From: Phoronis australis
Lineage: Eukaryota > Animalia > Phoronida
Assembly (NCBI GenBank): GCA_002633005.1
Contig: NMRA01000016.1
Span: 985,874-1,049,873 of the forward strand
DNA: 64,000 nucleotides
Reading direction: 5' to 3'
The notes under the pieces were generated by a model. The model did no database searches. It was not told the origin of the DNA and worked only from the letters and a program-made list of their open reading frames with translations. A program made the position numbers and the translations under genes. Below are positions 13,601 to 25,649 of this stretch, piece after piece; position 1 is the first letter of the stretch; the number at the start of each line of letters is the position of its first letter.

Positions 13601-16600
13601 AATTGGAATTAAAGGCTCAGGACTTTTGAAACGCCAGAACACGATTTTGAGCTGAAGAAAACATCAAGAGTAAGCAAGAGAAATAAAATACCCACGCGCT
13701 TCGACGTTACCTTGTCATACATACGAATATGTGATCGAGCTAAAAACGTATGCAGCATGTTTTTGCATGATTTTTCTCCATGATCTTCAAAAACTCAATT
13801 ACCAAGCTAGGTAATTATGCGCATAATGCCTTTGTGCGCGTACATGTAGCCTATGTCGTACCTTCTCTTTGCAAACTGGAAAGCTTTGAGGTTTACAATC
13901 ACCAGTACCGGTAGCGGAATGAAAGTTGTTGGCTGTGACTTATTGTCTTCGAAAAAAGTATCCTGGACGTCCACAGATGTTCATGGGTTTACAAAGAAGG
14001 TGTTAAAATTGTCTATGGTGATTGAATAAAACAAACTCCCGAAAGAATTGACGGACGATGCTTTTCATCTCTTACTTCAGGGCCGAGATATGGTGTAGGA
14101 TTGCCTTGTGGCAACGTTGGCGTTCCAGAAAACTTAGAGTGTTCACTGGTGCCAAACTTGCAGTGTAAAAATGGAGAATGCAGATGCCACGAGGATTTTG
14201 TGAACAGTTGGAATAGCTCATTAGGAATGTCCATTTGCGGTGAGTTATAATTTGATACAATTACTTTTGACATTCCCATTTGCCGTTATCACGTACTCAT
14301 TACACGCATACATGTAGGTGTAGGGTGAGGGTGTAGGACGGGGGGGGGGGGTTCCCCACTCAACTAAAGAGGTTGGGGTCAGTGCCCCCGACTAAAGTGA
14401 TAAAAAGAGCAGGATCTGAGTTAAAACTATTGTTAAGGGAAAGGGTGTTGACATGATGGAGAGAGCCGAGGTGAAACCGGTTTTTAACGAGTGAGATGGT
14501 GTCACGAGGTTACTCTAAATGCGACCCCTATAAGAAGACAGGTAACTAAACCATATAATATTGCTCACAACACAATTGTTTAAAAACAAATGAATGTGTA
14601 ACTCATCAAAAATAAATGTGTCACAATTTTATATCTTTAATGCAAATTATATAACATAGCTGCATTTATATAAACTTACAAACGATATTCGGCTGACACG
14701 GTGACGGTCTACTCAAAGTTCACTGCTCAGTCACCTACACTGTACATGGTGTGGGTTTGATAGGCTTACAGCGTTAGCTGTCCGTCGCGGTCCCGCGCCA
14801 CACCGTTACCAGTTGTTCAGCACACAAAATACATCCGAAACTGCGTCATAGCGTGTTTTGATCGTCGACCATTTGGTCTTGGTCTTCCGCGGTCGGGTCC
14901 TCCTTTGGCACTTGTTTCAGTACCCAAAGCACATAGTTTCAATCTCAATCGCGTCTTCACTATAATGACTCTCATCCTAACGATCGACACACTGCCGACT
15001 CCGCTCGTTCATTGGTACCGTGACTTTGGCATTCAGGAGCTACACAATAGTCCTTGACTAGCAATCAGCATACATGTACATGTACTGTATGTCCAACACA
15101 AAATACTGGACACGTCGGCGACTGAACGTACCGCATTCCATTGGCATGAACCTAGTAATATTTTCAATTCCGAAGTTCCACAATTACAATTTACACTCCG
15201 TGGAGTGGGAGAAACTTCGCGTTGACCTTGGAGCGAAATTAGGTGGGGACCAAGGGGATGGAGGTGGCAGAATGTGCTCACGCGTATTTATCGCCACTCA
15301 AACCTACATGTAGTCTTCCTGTGCTTATGACCACAAGTGTCACTGTAATTTAAGGAAGCTTATGTGATCAATAAAGTTCAGTTGATGCCAACGTGACGTG
15401 ATCTGTTGTTTCTGAAATACATAAGTTGCCTTAAACAGTCAGGCATACATGTATGACTATTCTTATTCTTATTCTTATTCTTGCACAAAAGGTACTACCC
15501 CAGGGAAATGCACAACAGCAACTTGTTGGACCATAACTCTAACCCTAATGTTACAAAATAAACAGTGACATAATTAAGTGAAATGCTGTACCGGGGAACA
15601 AATTGTCGGGTAAAAGGCAGACGCATAGTTTGGCTGTCTGATATACGCCGAGTCTGAATTTTATATATTTTAGAACGAAAACAGCAGTGCTATTGATATT
15701 GGTCAACATTTTGGAAATTGAAGCTTTCTTGACCATGTTAGTTGCCAAGACTTCATGAAAAGGATATCTGGTACTGATTTTTGTTTGCTATGACACTGTA
15801 CGATTTGCTCAATCCACTTTGAAAGTGTTCCGAAGTGTTTAGATATTCAACAGTATTCCTATCTCCCAGGCGTCATTTTTCTAAAATCTCATTTTTCTCG
15901 TTTTCATCAAAATGGCATCTTCCAACCAAAAGCGATCTTTTTCAGGGTAAGCTCGAACGGGTTTTTAAGAATTGACGATTGTGACGGAATTTTTAATGTA
16001 ACGGAGGATGTGTAAAATTTGGGAACAAGGTCTTTATTGAAACACTCGAGCACTGATCAGCAACTCTTTCTTAAACACATATAGTTTTGTCACGTGAAAA
16101 GTTATTGAATATTGTAATAAAAATTGCTATTGCTGATTAAGCTTAGACTTCGAATAAAGGGATATTTTTTTAGATTTAGCCACTTGTGACTGATTTAAGT
16201 TGAGTCAATCAGAAGTGGACCAAATATTCATACTCTGGTATAAGAAAACAGTGCTTCTGAATGCACTGATGTCATGGATGATAGAGTATCCTGTGTACGT
16301 CATAACTTCATTCAACAAGTAGTGTTTGTTGCACGCACGTAGTAATAATTCCTTTTTTAAAACATTACATGTACATTAAATGTTAGCTACATTTTGTACT
16401 AGGAAGTTGTCGGGGCCACAAATGTAGGTATTCTATCTGTTAGAAATTAATTTGAATTGTTTTAATTTACAGTGGCTAAGTCTGGTCTGAACGGGGAATG
16501 TCTTGACAGTAGATATTGTAAGAACTTAACATCCATGCAGTGCTTAAGACGTAACGGAATCGGCACCTGTGTCTGTAGACCAGCTTATTTTGAACATGGG

Positions 16601-19600
16601 ACATCCTGCAGTAAGTTAAACCATTGTATTCAATGCGTATGTGAAAATTTGTGCGGTTTGTTAGAATAATCGTGACTGGTCGGTGCACTGTGAAATAGCG
16701 CTTTGGGACCAAAATAGCTTTCTGACGCGTAAAATTGCTTCAGTTATGAAAAAAGATTACGGCAGTGAATGCAAAGGAGGTGTTGTAGCGTTCAAGTACA
16801 ATCTCTGCCTTTGGAAAGACGGATACGTTTTCAACTATTTGTCTTGCGGCAAGTGGCTCATGTAGGTATAATCTTTGTTCGATGAAGTGTGTTACTTCAG
16901 AAGAAATAAGCAGCTGAGATCCTCAGGTTGTCTCCTGGCGCTTTTCGGCCAATTTTAACGTTTTGAGATTGGCCCGAAGTGAAACATGGAGACTGCTTTG
17001 CGGTCTGTGCTTGCATATGTCACAGACAGTTTGTTGATACCCTTATTGGTATTTTCATCTGATCGACACTTCTCTCATTTCAATGTAATCTTCAAAATAT
17101 CGGCCAGGCCTTGGTAAAGTCTTTCTCTTATATTAGTTATGATAGTCGTCATCGTTTGGCATGGCTAACTTGAGAATCTTCTATGGTGACCATGTGTGAC
17201 TCTCGTTTGCTCTGTTTCTACCTTGACAACCGTGTATACATGTATGGCTCCACGAGTAGACTTTCCTCTTAGCTGATTTCTAGGCTCTCCTGTTCCTCGT
17301 AACATTCCTACAGCCACTTCAAGTGTTGTCCATGTCATTGATCTGTGTCGTAACCTTAGGACTCACAGGTTTTTCCGTCGACATGCTGTTTATGCGATCC
17401 TCTTTTGTAATCGCTCGCGCAAAAACACCAGGAGTATTCTCCACTGTTGTAACTCCACGTAAGTTTGGTGCATACCGATCTCGATGATCAACTTCGAATT
17501 GCTCCATTCAGTCTTCCCTAGAAACCACTGGGAGCCGCCACAAACGAGCAGCTTACGTGAAATGAGCGTTGCTGACACACCACGTTGAACCTGAGGAATA
17601 AAAGCTTTATTTAATTACGACACTTGCCCAATATCATGAAGTAGAGCTTGTGATTTTTGATGGTTATATTCCCAAGGTTGTTATGTACTCGCCAGAAGCC
17701 TTTCAATCATGCTTTCTTATTTTACACATGTCAGGAGTTGACTGGGAATATTCAATTAAAGCGAAATTTCATGTGAAGTGTTATTTCCGCTAACATGCAA
17801 AGTAACAGAACCATAAAAGATAACAAAATTGCTCCAAGGAAGACTGTGTAAACCCTTAAGGGAGCTATTTTAGAATAAAAAGAATCGTTCGCTTAAAACA
17901 GGAGTTAGTAGGACAAGCTGTACTGTGCTGATTTGTAAGTTAATTTCAAAGTAACTGTACTGCCTTCAAACGTGCTGTTACTTGATCAGGAATGTACTAT
18001 GCTCATGCGCGCACCCAGGGGGGGGGGGCTCGGTGGGCTCGAACGAGTCCCCCATTTGGCGAAGTGGGTAAAAAGGTCCTCCTCAGAGAAACAAAAAGTC
18101 CCAGAAAACGAAACAAAAAGTCCACTGAAAAGGCGCAGTCGCACAGTTCACAGACCTGAAGGTGGTACCCCGTTTTTTTAGTCCTCCCGCTTTTTTGTTA
18201 GAAAAAGGTCCACTCTGTCAGAGAATCGAGACCCTCCCCGCGCATGGCACTAACACGTTCATTTCAGAGTATACAACATGTCCTAAAACGCCAGGATATG
18301 AACTCAGAGGTCATCGGAGTTACTATAGGATTGTAACTCAGTAATGCGTCCCACAAAAGATAAATGTTGGGTTTCAATTGCCATCGTTAAAGTATATCGC
18401 GAAAAATCAAGTTCCAAGTTTCATTGACTGGGGCATCTTTGATTGATTAAACAGAAATTGCATGTGAAATGTAATCTTCGCTAACATGCGGATGGACAGA
18501 ATTATAAAGGATAACAAAAAGTCGTTCAAGAAAATTTTTAAAATCTTTAAGTGTGTCATTTTAGAAAAGAAGATTTTTTAAGAATCTTTCGCTTAAAAAC
18601 AGAAGAAGTAGGCAGGACAATGTGTATTTTGATGATTTAGGAGTTAATTTCTAAGGAGTTTAACTGCCTTCAAAACGTGTTGTTAATTCTTCAGAAACGT
18701 AGTACACTATAACGTTCATTTCAGAGACTGCAACATGGCCTACAACGCCAGGAGATGAACATAAGTCCAGCACAGGTAAGGTTATTCTAAGGTCATTGGA
18801 GTTACTATCAGACTGTAACTCGGTAATGCGTCCCACAAATGATAAATGTTGGGTTTAAATTGCCATCGTTAAAGTATATCGCGAAAAGTCAAGTTCAAGT
18901 TCCATTGACTGGGGAATCTTTGACTGACTAAATAGAAAATTACGCGAATGGACAGAATCAGACAACATAACTCAAATTTGTTCAAGGAAGTTTCTGAGAT
19001 TTTTAATGGTGGTATTATAGAAAAGAAAAGTTTTTAAAAATTTGTTGATTAAAAACGTGTTTTTTGCACAATATGGTGCATTTTAATGATTCGGTAGTTA
19101 ATTTCAAGACGTTTTGATAATTTATCAGGAACATAGTTACATGTATTAGACTAACACGCTCATTTCAGAGACTACAACATGGCCTACAACGACAGAAGAT
19201 GAACTAAGGTCCAGCACAGGTAAGGTTATTCTGAGCTCATTCGATTTACGATCAAATGGTGAATACTGGATTTCAATGGCCATCGATAATAAATAAAGTG
19301 TTACTGTAGACAATGCTTTTCTGGAAACATTCTAACGTTAAAGTGACTTTGAATGTAATAATAAACTCTGTGTTTCCTTCATGAATCAACTATTGTCTAA
19401 TTTTACAAATAATACATTTCTTTTGCTCACCAGAAATCAACATTACTGCTGTGCACTGTGACTCTCACTATCTAGAGATTCAAGTTCGATCGTCTGAGCA
19501 ATTCTCCTCGATCAACCTCGGGCAACCAACTCTCGCAGATCCTCGCTGTGGTCCTTTAAAAATAACAGCCAATTTTGCAGTACTGAGAGCGAAGATTAAT

Positions 19601-21857
19601 GATTGCTTGACCAGGAGAGTTGTAAGTGTGTTTGTGCAGTATCGTCACGATGAAATGAAACATATTCCGGCACAGCTGTAGTTACGGCTTTCATTGACAA
19701 TTGAACTTTGAAAGTGTTGCTGCTGTTAAAAAATAGTGAGACACAGTTAAGCAACATTCATGTAAATTTTAAAACATCATAACTTTCACTGTTTGTTAAA
19801 ATCTCTGTATTTTGTTAAGAATAATTTATTCTTCGATCTTGGTGGTTTTATGTCAAATGTATTATTAAATATTGAAGGAAAGAAAAGACACTATTTCTTA
19901 CTTCAACAAGCTGGTGATTAAGCGTCCCGTATTCCCTGGCGCCATTATCAACCGTCACAAGGACATCCAAATTCCATTTGTATGCATGCTTTCTCGTCAC
20001 ACACACGGAACCAACACTTACAAAATTGGCTACAGAGGCCTCGAAGCACCCGTCGTCGGTCATGGGGAGTATTCCGTAGAACTGGAGTTCTTCACGGACA
20101 TCATGTACAGACAACGCGTGACCTCATACCCGTTCTTCATGGACATCAACGATTCGTTGTATGTGTTGTTGCGACTAATATCTTCAGACAGAAATTTAAA
20201 GATTTCTGTGAAGAACTGTTGGGCAACACCAGACGGGAAACCCAACAGCGTTCATTATTGGCTCATAAGCAACGGGTACGAAAAAATATTCAACAGTTTA
20301 TGATTTTAAATGACTTATTCTTATTAAAATGACAATTTAGTGAAAGAAAATTATTTTTCGAGTCTCAGAAATGGGGTAACCCATATTAATTTTGAAGTTG
20401 GGCATTCCAGATACGGTTCAGGGATCGTTCATTCAAATAGTAACAGTACAAAAATTCTGGATTCGTTTGCTTTCTTGTCTCGAGTAGTCACACTGCGTAT
20501 ACATGTACCTATGTAGTTTACAAAAAATGTGGTATATGATTGAGCAAAAGCCAGAGTGGTCGTTTCTTTTAGGTGCCCTGCTGATCCAACCGTTGCAATC
20601 AACATTGCGAGCTCTGACCTTGACAAGTACAAATTCAGCCTTCGAACTTTCGAGTTCATAAACCACACCGATGTGTACATCCACTGTGACGTCACAGTTT
20701 GCACCCTTATTGACTACGACGGCGATTGCCAAAGGCACTGTGGACACAAACGAAAGCGTTCCTCGTCCTTCGCTAAAAGTTCCGTCAAACTTTCCCAAGG
20801 TCCATTGATTCTTGTAAGACAAAACGGTAAGATATGTTACAGAAATACTTTTTATGACATGCATGGTCCTTCTTTTGCCAATGCACATATTAAAGGCACT
20901 CTACCTGCTTTTTCATCCGACGTACACCCAAATCCGACGTCAACTCTAATTTCTAGCCACGAAAATATGCATTCCAGTAATATAACTTGGCCCACCACGT
21001 GTGATTTCCAAGATTACTGTATATTAATATTCTGTTAATTACTTCCAATACACATAACTGGATAGGACGCCCACATGGACCATTGATTTAAGTGGCTAGC
21101 CTGCCTCCTGATCATAAGTCTTATCTGTCTTCTCATGAAAATTGCACTCAAGAACACTGTATCCGTAGGCTACTCGGCACACTTTCTTACCATAGTCTCT
21201 CTTCGAGTTAACTTCTTTTGCTGAGGCAGGAAAACGTATTTGCATAAGGCACCTCTGTGTCGTACTCAGAGCAAGGAATGCGTTGTAGACATTAGAAGTC
21301 ACTGTGCACGAGTGCACGACATTTCATCGACGAAAGTTATGATTTTCAAATAACATACAGTGTAGTGACGTTCATGGCAACAATGAGAAGCTTGTCAAAT
21401 AGATGGGTAAGCGTCTTAGGTAGTAGCAACGAAATTTATTCTTCTCAGTACGTGTCAGATGTCTTCTGCAATTCTTTCTTGGCGCGCCCGAAAGAAAGGG
21501 TGTAGTAAATTAAGATATTTGCGAAAAGGGAGGTAGTTCGTTTATTCGCAAAATGGTAATTACAAGGTTTTTATGATTTGTTTGCCGGAAACAAATAATA
21601 ATATTTAGTTGAAGTATGAATCTCCAATGGAAATAGCTGCTCAATGCTGCTTACAAATCATTCCAAATGCTTTGTTTTCAGGTGACAAACTGACAAGAGG
21701 TGGCGTAGTGTCGGACGTGAAGTCACAAGCATTGTCACCTTTTGTCGTAGCAGTGGTTACTATGGGAATAATCGGATGCGCTTTGGTGGCGGTAGTAGCA
21801 TCTCATTGCAAGAAGTCACCACAACAAGTCGGCTATGCTCCTGTGTCCGTCGAATAA
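10533..21857 (+). CDS. Membrane-anchored ZP-domain protein with tandem EGF/EB-like 6-Cys modules (5' end and signal exon not located)
   Basis: Phase-compatible exons: 10533-10673, 10837-10971, 11299-11430, 11567-11701, 13229-13363, 14081-14239, 16473-16610, 16744-16848 (GC donor?), 18725-18775, 19169-19219, 19434-19621, 19878-20275, 20573-20826, 21682-21857. ZP motifs (VHCDSHYLEI, IPFVC, VKNCWATP, NG-CP, VYIHCDVTVC), furin site KRKR, C-terminal TM helix, AATAAA about 70 nt after the stop. Confidence 0.85.
10837..10971 (+). CDS. EGF/EB-like module exon 2 of ZP gene
   Basis: AG/GTAAGT, phase 1-1, GKSCKDVPNGCQYPSECNASRHCACPEN...C. Confidence 0.75.
11299..11430 (+). CDS. EGF/EB-like module exon 3 of ZP gene
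   Basis: TTTCAG/GTGAG, phase 1-1, CSSKDIAELCVPSSVCQSDRCVCPFGFKTNGRRC. Confidence 0.78.
11567..11701 (+). CDS. EGF/EB-like module exon 4 of ZP gene
   Basis: TTGCAG/GT, phase 1-1, CTVNGEDKFCSVVFPGSICQGGVCSCPTGFYNSSASC. Confidence 0.78.
13229..13363 (+). CDS. EGF/EB-like module exon 5 of ZP gene
   Basis: TTGCAG/GTAAGT, phase 1-1, CSNNSMCSDAVPRSQCINEKCACHDTTYY...C (not in the ORF track). Confidence 0.75.
13380..13460 (+). repeat. Dispersed repeat, copy also at 39183
   Basis: TATTACATGGCGAAGTCGTTATCCC..TAGAGCCCGAG..GGAGAATTATC shared with 39183-39300. Confidence 0.65.
14081..14239 (+). CDS. EGF/EB-like module exon 6 of ZP gene
   Basis: CTTCAG/GTGAGT, phase 1-1, GLPCGNVG..ECSLVPNLQCKNGECRCHEDF...C. 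Confidence 0.75.
14730..15010 (-). mobile_element. RTE-like LINE 3' remnant
   Basis: Degenerate minus-strand peptide RTRPRKTKTKW...W..VARDRD resembles the RTE C-terminal GKRPRGRP.RW...W...AQDR motif. Confidence 0.35.
16473..16610 (+). CDS. EGF/EB-like module exon 7 of ZP gene
   Basis: TTACAG/GTAAGT, phase 1-1, GECLDSRYCKNLTSMQCLRRNGIGTCVCRPAYFEHGTSC. Confidence 0.78.
17738..19290 (+). repeat. Three tandem ~450-bp intron+mini-exon units
   Basis: Units begin near 17738, 18423 and 18903 (TTGACTGGG..); each has TTTCAG plus a Thr/Pro-rich mini-exon (18268, 18725, 19169). Confidence 0.8.
18004..18246. mobile_element. MITE (CATGCGCG termini), related copy at 22710-24149
   Basis: Absent from the other two tandem units; CATGCGCG..CGCGCATG ends; body GGGGCTCG..GAAGTGGG.AAAAAGGTCC shared with the 22710 copy. 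Confidence 0.7.
19434..19621 (+). CDS. ZP-N exon of ZP gene
   Basis: VHCDSHYLEIQV...DPRCGP...NDCLTRRV; AG/GTAAGT. Confidence 0.85.
19878..20275 (+). CDS. ZP-N/ZP-C exon of ZP gene
   Basis: ISYFNKL..IPFVC..LEFFTD..YP..VKNCWATP..LISNG; phase 0 to 2. Confidence 0.88.
20573..20826 (+). CDS. ZP-C exon with furin site
   Basis: CPADPTV..FSLRTFEF..VYIHCDVTVC..CQRHC..KRKR..LSQGPLILV. Confidence 0.88.
21682..21857 (+). CDS. Terminal transmembrane exon of ZP gene
   Basis: Hydrophobic FVVAVVTMGIIGCALVAVVA, short cytoplasmic tail, TAA, downstream AATAAA. Confidence 0.8.
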
Positions 21858-22709
21858 CTCGCCAAAAATGAAAATGTGTGGACTGGAATATGCCTTTAGT
21901 TTTTCTGTAGCTTTCTTGGTGCACGAACAATAAATGTTAACCACAAATTGACTGAAAAAATGAAGTAGACTGTTATGTATTTGTGTATCGAATAATGTTG
22001 TATTAGGTAGCTTATTTTTATTGCATCTCCTTATAATTTATCTCCCTTTGAATGTTACATGTACGTAATGTAGCAAAAATGCTCTTAAAATGCTCACTGC
22101 TTCTGTGTGATATCTCAATTGCAAATACCCCTTACTTCAATGTTGTCACAAACTGTTGAATTACACGTATTTGTTAATTAGATCAAGAACACCTCGGACA
22201 TATTTGCAGCTTCAAATAATCTCTCGCAGAGATGTTTCGTAGCCACATGTGCGAAATTTGATAAAGTCAGTAAAGAGATTTGGCAAGAGGAGGTTAAAAT
22301 GATGGTTATCCGCATAACAGGTGTCAAAAGTCGTACACGACGTCATTGTCAATCTATGACCTGCCTCCTCTTGTTGTACTGTTATTTCAAGTGTTAGCCT
22401 GTCACCACAGCAGTATTCCGGCGGATTCGCCGGCTTTCTCTGTTGTGACAGTCTCTGCTTAGTTCACACATGTGCAGATTTGAAATTCTTGTGACGGATT
22501 ATTTGAGGCTACGAAAAATACCCGAGGTTTTCCGGATGTGTTTATTAGTATGATTCTCTAGAGCTTCTCTGAACCTCGAAAACGCATTTGAATGTTTTAT
22601 GATTATGGTTATGATTATAGCTTGGTATGCTTTTAAAAAGTATACGAAACCTCGTTGGGTTAATTTCACTAAAAAATGTAACACGTATATCACCAGCTAT
22701 ATCCGACAA

Positions 22710-24149
22710 CACGTGCACGCAGCCAATGGGGCTCGGGGTGCTCGAACTATACCCCCTATTTGACGAAGTGGGCAAAAAGGTCCACCTCAGAGAAACAAAA
22801 ATTCCGAGGAGACAAAGGTCGACTAAAAATACATAGCTTTGAACGTGGCAACTAGTTTTTCTATTATAACAGCTTATTATTTAAAATGACTTATTCTTAT
22901 TAAAATGACATAGGCAGAAAATTGAATTTTGGGCCTAAAAAGCGAGGCCGCCTATATTAATATAGAAGGCCCCGCCGAAAGGCGGCCGAAGAGCGGGGCC
23001 CCCCGATGAACTACATACGCGACAAAAGCCGGAGGGAGTGAAATTAAGCCAACGGAGTGACGTCACCCAGGCCATTGAGCCGACCGACTGACGTCTGCAA
23101 GAAAAAGGCCCACAAGAAAAAAATAGAACACCTCGAATCCAAATAGGGGGTCGGTGCAATACCTGGGACCAAAGCGGTTCCGAAAGGGGCACAAACGAAG
23201 CTAGGTCTGTAGTGGACATGTGGGAGACTGAATTTGTGCAAACGATGCATTTAATAATCATAGCGAAAAATCTTCGTGAGAGACCATCCGGAGTTGGTAT
23301 CAGGTGCATTTCCGGACGGTCTGGGGTCAACAAAAAACCACAGTTCAACTGTGATTCTACACCGATGTGATANNNNNNNNNNNNNNNNNNNNNNNNNNNN
23401 NNNNNNNNNNNNNNNNNNNNNNNNNNNNNNNNNNNNNNNNNNNNNNNNNNNNNNNNNNNNNNNNNNNNNNNNNNNNNNNNNNNNNNNNNNNNNNNNNNNN
23501 NNNNNNNNNNNNNNNNNNNNNNNNNNNNNNNNNNNNNNNNNNNNNNNNNNNNNNNNNNNNNNNNNNNNNNNNNNNNNNNNNNNNNNNNNNNNNNNNNNNN
23601 NNNNNNNNNNNNNNNNNNNNNNNNNNNNNNNNNNNNNNNNNNNNNNNNNNNNNNNNNNNNNNNNNNNNNNNNNNNNNNNNNNNNNNNNNNNNNNNNNNNN
23701 NNNNNNNNNNNNNNNNNNNNNNNNNNNNNNNNNNNNNNNNNNNNNNNNNNNNNNNNNNNNNNNNNNNNNNNNNNNNNNNNNNNNNNNNNNNNNNNNNNNN
23801 NNNNNNNNNNNNNNNNNNNNNNNNNNNNNNNNNNNNNNNNNNNNNNNNNNNNNNNNNNNNNNNNNNNNNNNNNNNNCCCCGCTCTTCGGCCGCCTTTCGG
23901 CGGGGCCCCTATATTAATATAGGGGGCACCGCTCTTCGGCCGCCTTTCGGCGAGGCCCCCTATATTAATATAGGCGGCCTAGCTTTTTAGGCCCAAAATT
24001 CAATTTTCTGCCTATGTCATTTTAATAAGAATAAGTCATTTTAAATAATAAGCTGTTTTATGCTTTTAGTATTCCGTCATTTCGATATTAAAAGGTCCAC
24101 ATAGAACATAATTCGAGCTCCCCTATATTTTAGGCAGGGTGCGAGCATG
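22710..24149. mobile_element. Same MITE family as 18004, split by a foldback element
   Basis: Left half 22710-22830 and right half to CAGGGTGCGAGCATG (24149) match the 18004 element. Confidence 0.55.
22868..24057. mobile_element. Long-TIR (foldback-type) DNA transposon spanning an assembly gap
   Basis: Near-perfect ~135-bp TIRs starting AACAGCTTATTATTTAAAATGAC; TTAT duplicated on both sides (22864-67, 24058-61); subterminal ~49-bp GC-rich units with the CTATATTAATATAG palindrome. Confidence 0.8.
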
Positions 24150-24569
24150 CAAAAATGGAGTCCATTCACATACATTAAAAAGGTGCGTGCCCAGAAGCAC
24201 AAAATGTCTGCGTGTGCGCGAGAGACATAGCGTAGGTGCAGTCGACGTGGAATTGTTTATTTAGATTATGAATGCTAAGATGAGAGTATCTGCATGAACT
24301 ATCTAGTGCGCATTTCCCCCAAACTACTGGTGCGTGGACGCGACTGTTGTGATTTTGGGAGCAGCCGTTAACCTGGGAATGTGTGTAGGCATTTCTCTCT
24401 TGACAAGTGACAGATCATCCATTAACTTCAGCTGAAGTACATAGCCCAGCAAACACACGACCAGTCTTTTAGTCGCACACCAATTTTAGACTTGAAATGC
24501 GAGCTGAACAGCCAGAGCGGTTAACACGCAAGCTGGTCAACACATATTTATTGTAATTGAATGTGACTA

Positions 24570-24870
24570 TTCCGAAGGGTTTATCTATGGGAATCCCAAC
24601 ACTTAACTTGCCGCTACGATCAGTAATCTTACAAGTTCTCACGCCATATTAAAAAAATTCCAAGCACCCTGATCAAATTATCAATCCGTACATACAAAGC
24701 AGACGCGTCGCCGTGACGAGTTGTCATTAACATACTACGCACCTCAACAGCCCTGCCATGCTGCCAATTGATGTCACTTGATGTTAAGTCATTATTTACC
24801 AATGTGCCTGTTGTAGAAACGATTGGCATTATCATTACTATTGTATGTCATCACCCATTCTCAAACCAGT
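24570..24870 (+). mobile_element. Penelope-like element reverse transcriptase remnant
   Basis: Fragments GFIYGNP..LPLRSVI and QLMSLDVKSLFTNVPVVETIGII, typical PLE RT motifs; interrupted. Confidence 0.7.
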
Positions 24871-25649
24871 TCATATCTCACAAACCAGGTTACATGTACA
24901 TGAGCTTGATGTCATTTTGAATTACGTAAAATTGGATCACTACTATGAGCCATGTACATTGCCTTTCTCCACTCGTTTCGTCGTTCTTTATCAGAAAACC
25001 TAATTTCCCAGAGATTCTCAAACCCAACCAGAGGGAAAGTCCCCAGCCAGGATCCCAACCTCACGAGGAAAGGAGTGCGCAGTCTTTCTGTCAACCAGTC
25101 GAGGACAGTAGTGCCCTGTCGGTTTCTCAACCTGTCGAAGTGGGTAGTGTACAGTCTGTCAACCGCTCGAAGATGAGTCTTCCCAGGGCCGGAACCAAAG
25201 TGCGGGAGCAAAGCTAGTAATTGGGAGCTGGTCTCTGAGATCGAAAACAATGTCTGATAAATTGCTTGTAAATGTATAGAAACGTCTCCTGAAACGCAGT
25301 AGACAACGAGGTGCGTATGAATGAGGAATAACGTGCGTGAGTGAAGAGTTTTATGCACGCCTGAGTGGTGCATGGCATGGGAATGTGTCTTACTTTTTCA
25401 GTAGGCAGAAAAATTAAGTGTACAGGCTAGCAATATTATGTTGTGGGAGTTGGGCAGGTCGGTTCGCAAACAAGAACATCATCGTCTTACTGAGAAGCGA
25501 AAACTCTGGTGCTGCCTCAGTTGGATCGCGGGAATTTGAATCCGTGAGAGGGTCGAGTGTGCGTTAGAGAAGAATTTTAAATGTCACTGCTGAGCAGCAT
25601 GCGGTATATCAGATTAGGGGAAGTGGAGGGAGAGAAAGGAACAGCTTAA

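Noticed and set aside
23276-23990. Long ORFs in the track here and at 45450-45936
   Set aside because: Artefacts of translating N runs.
25250-25290. Penelope-associated hammerhead ribozyme (CTGATAA..GAAAC)
   Set aside because: The core deviates from CUGANGA and there are no convincing stems.
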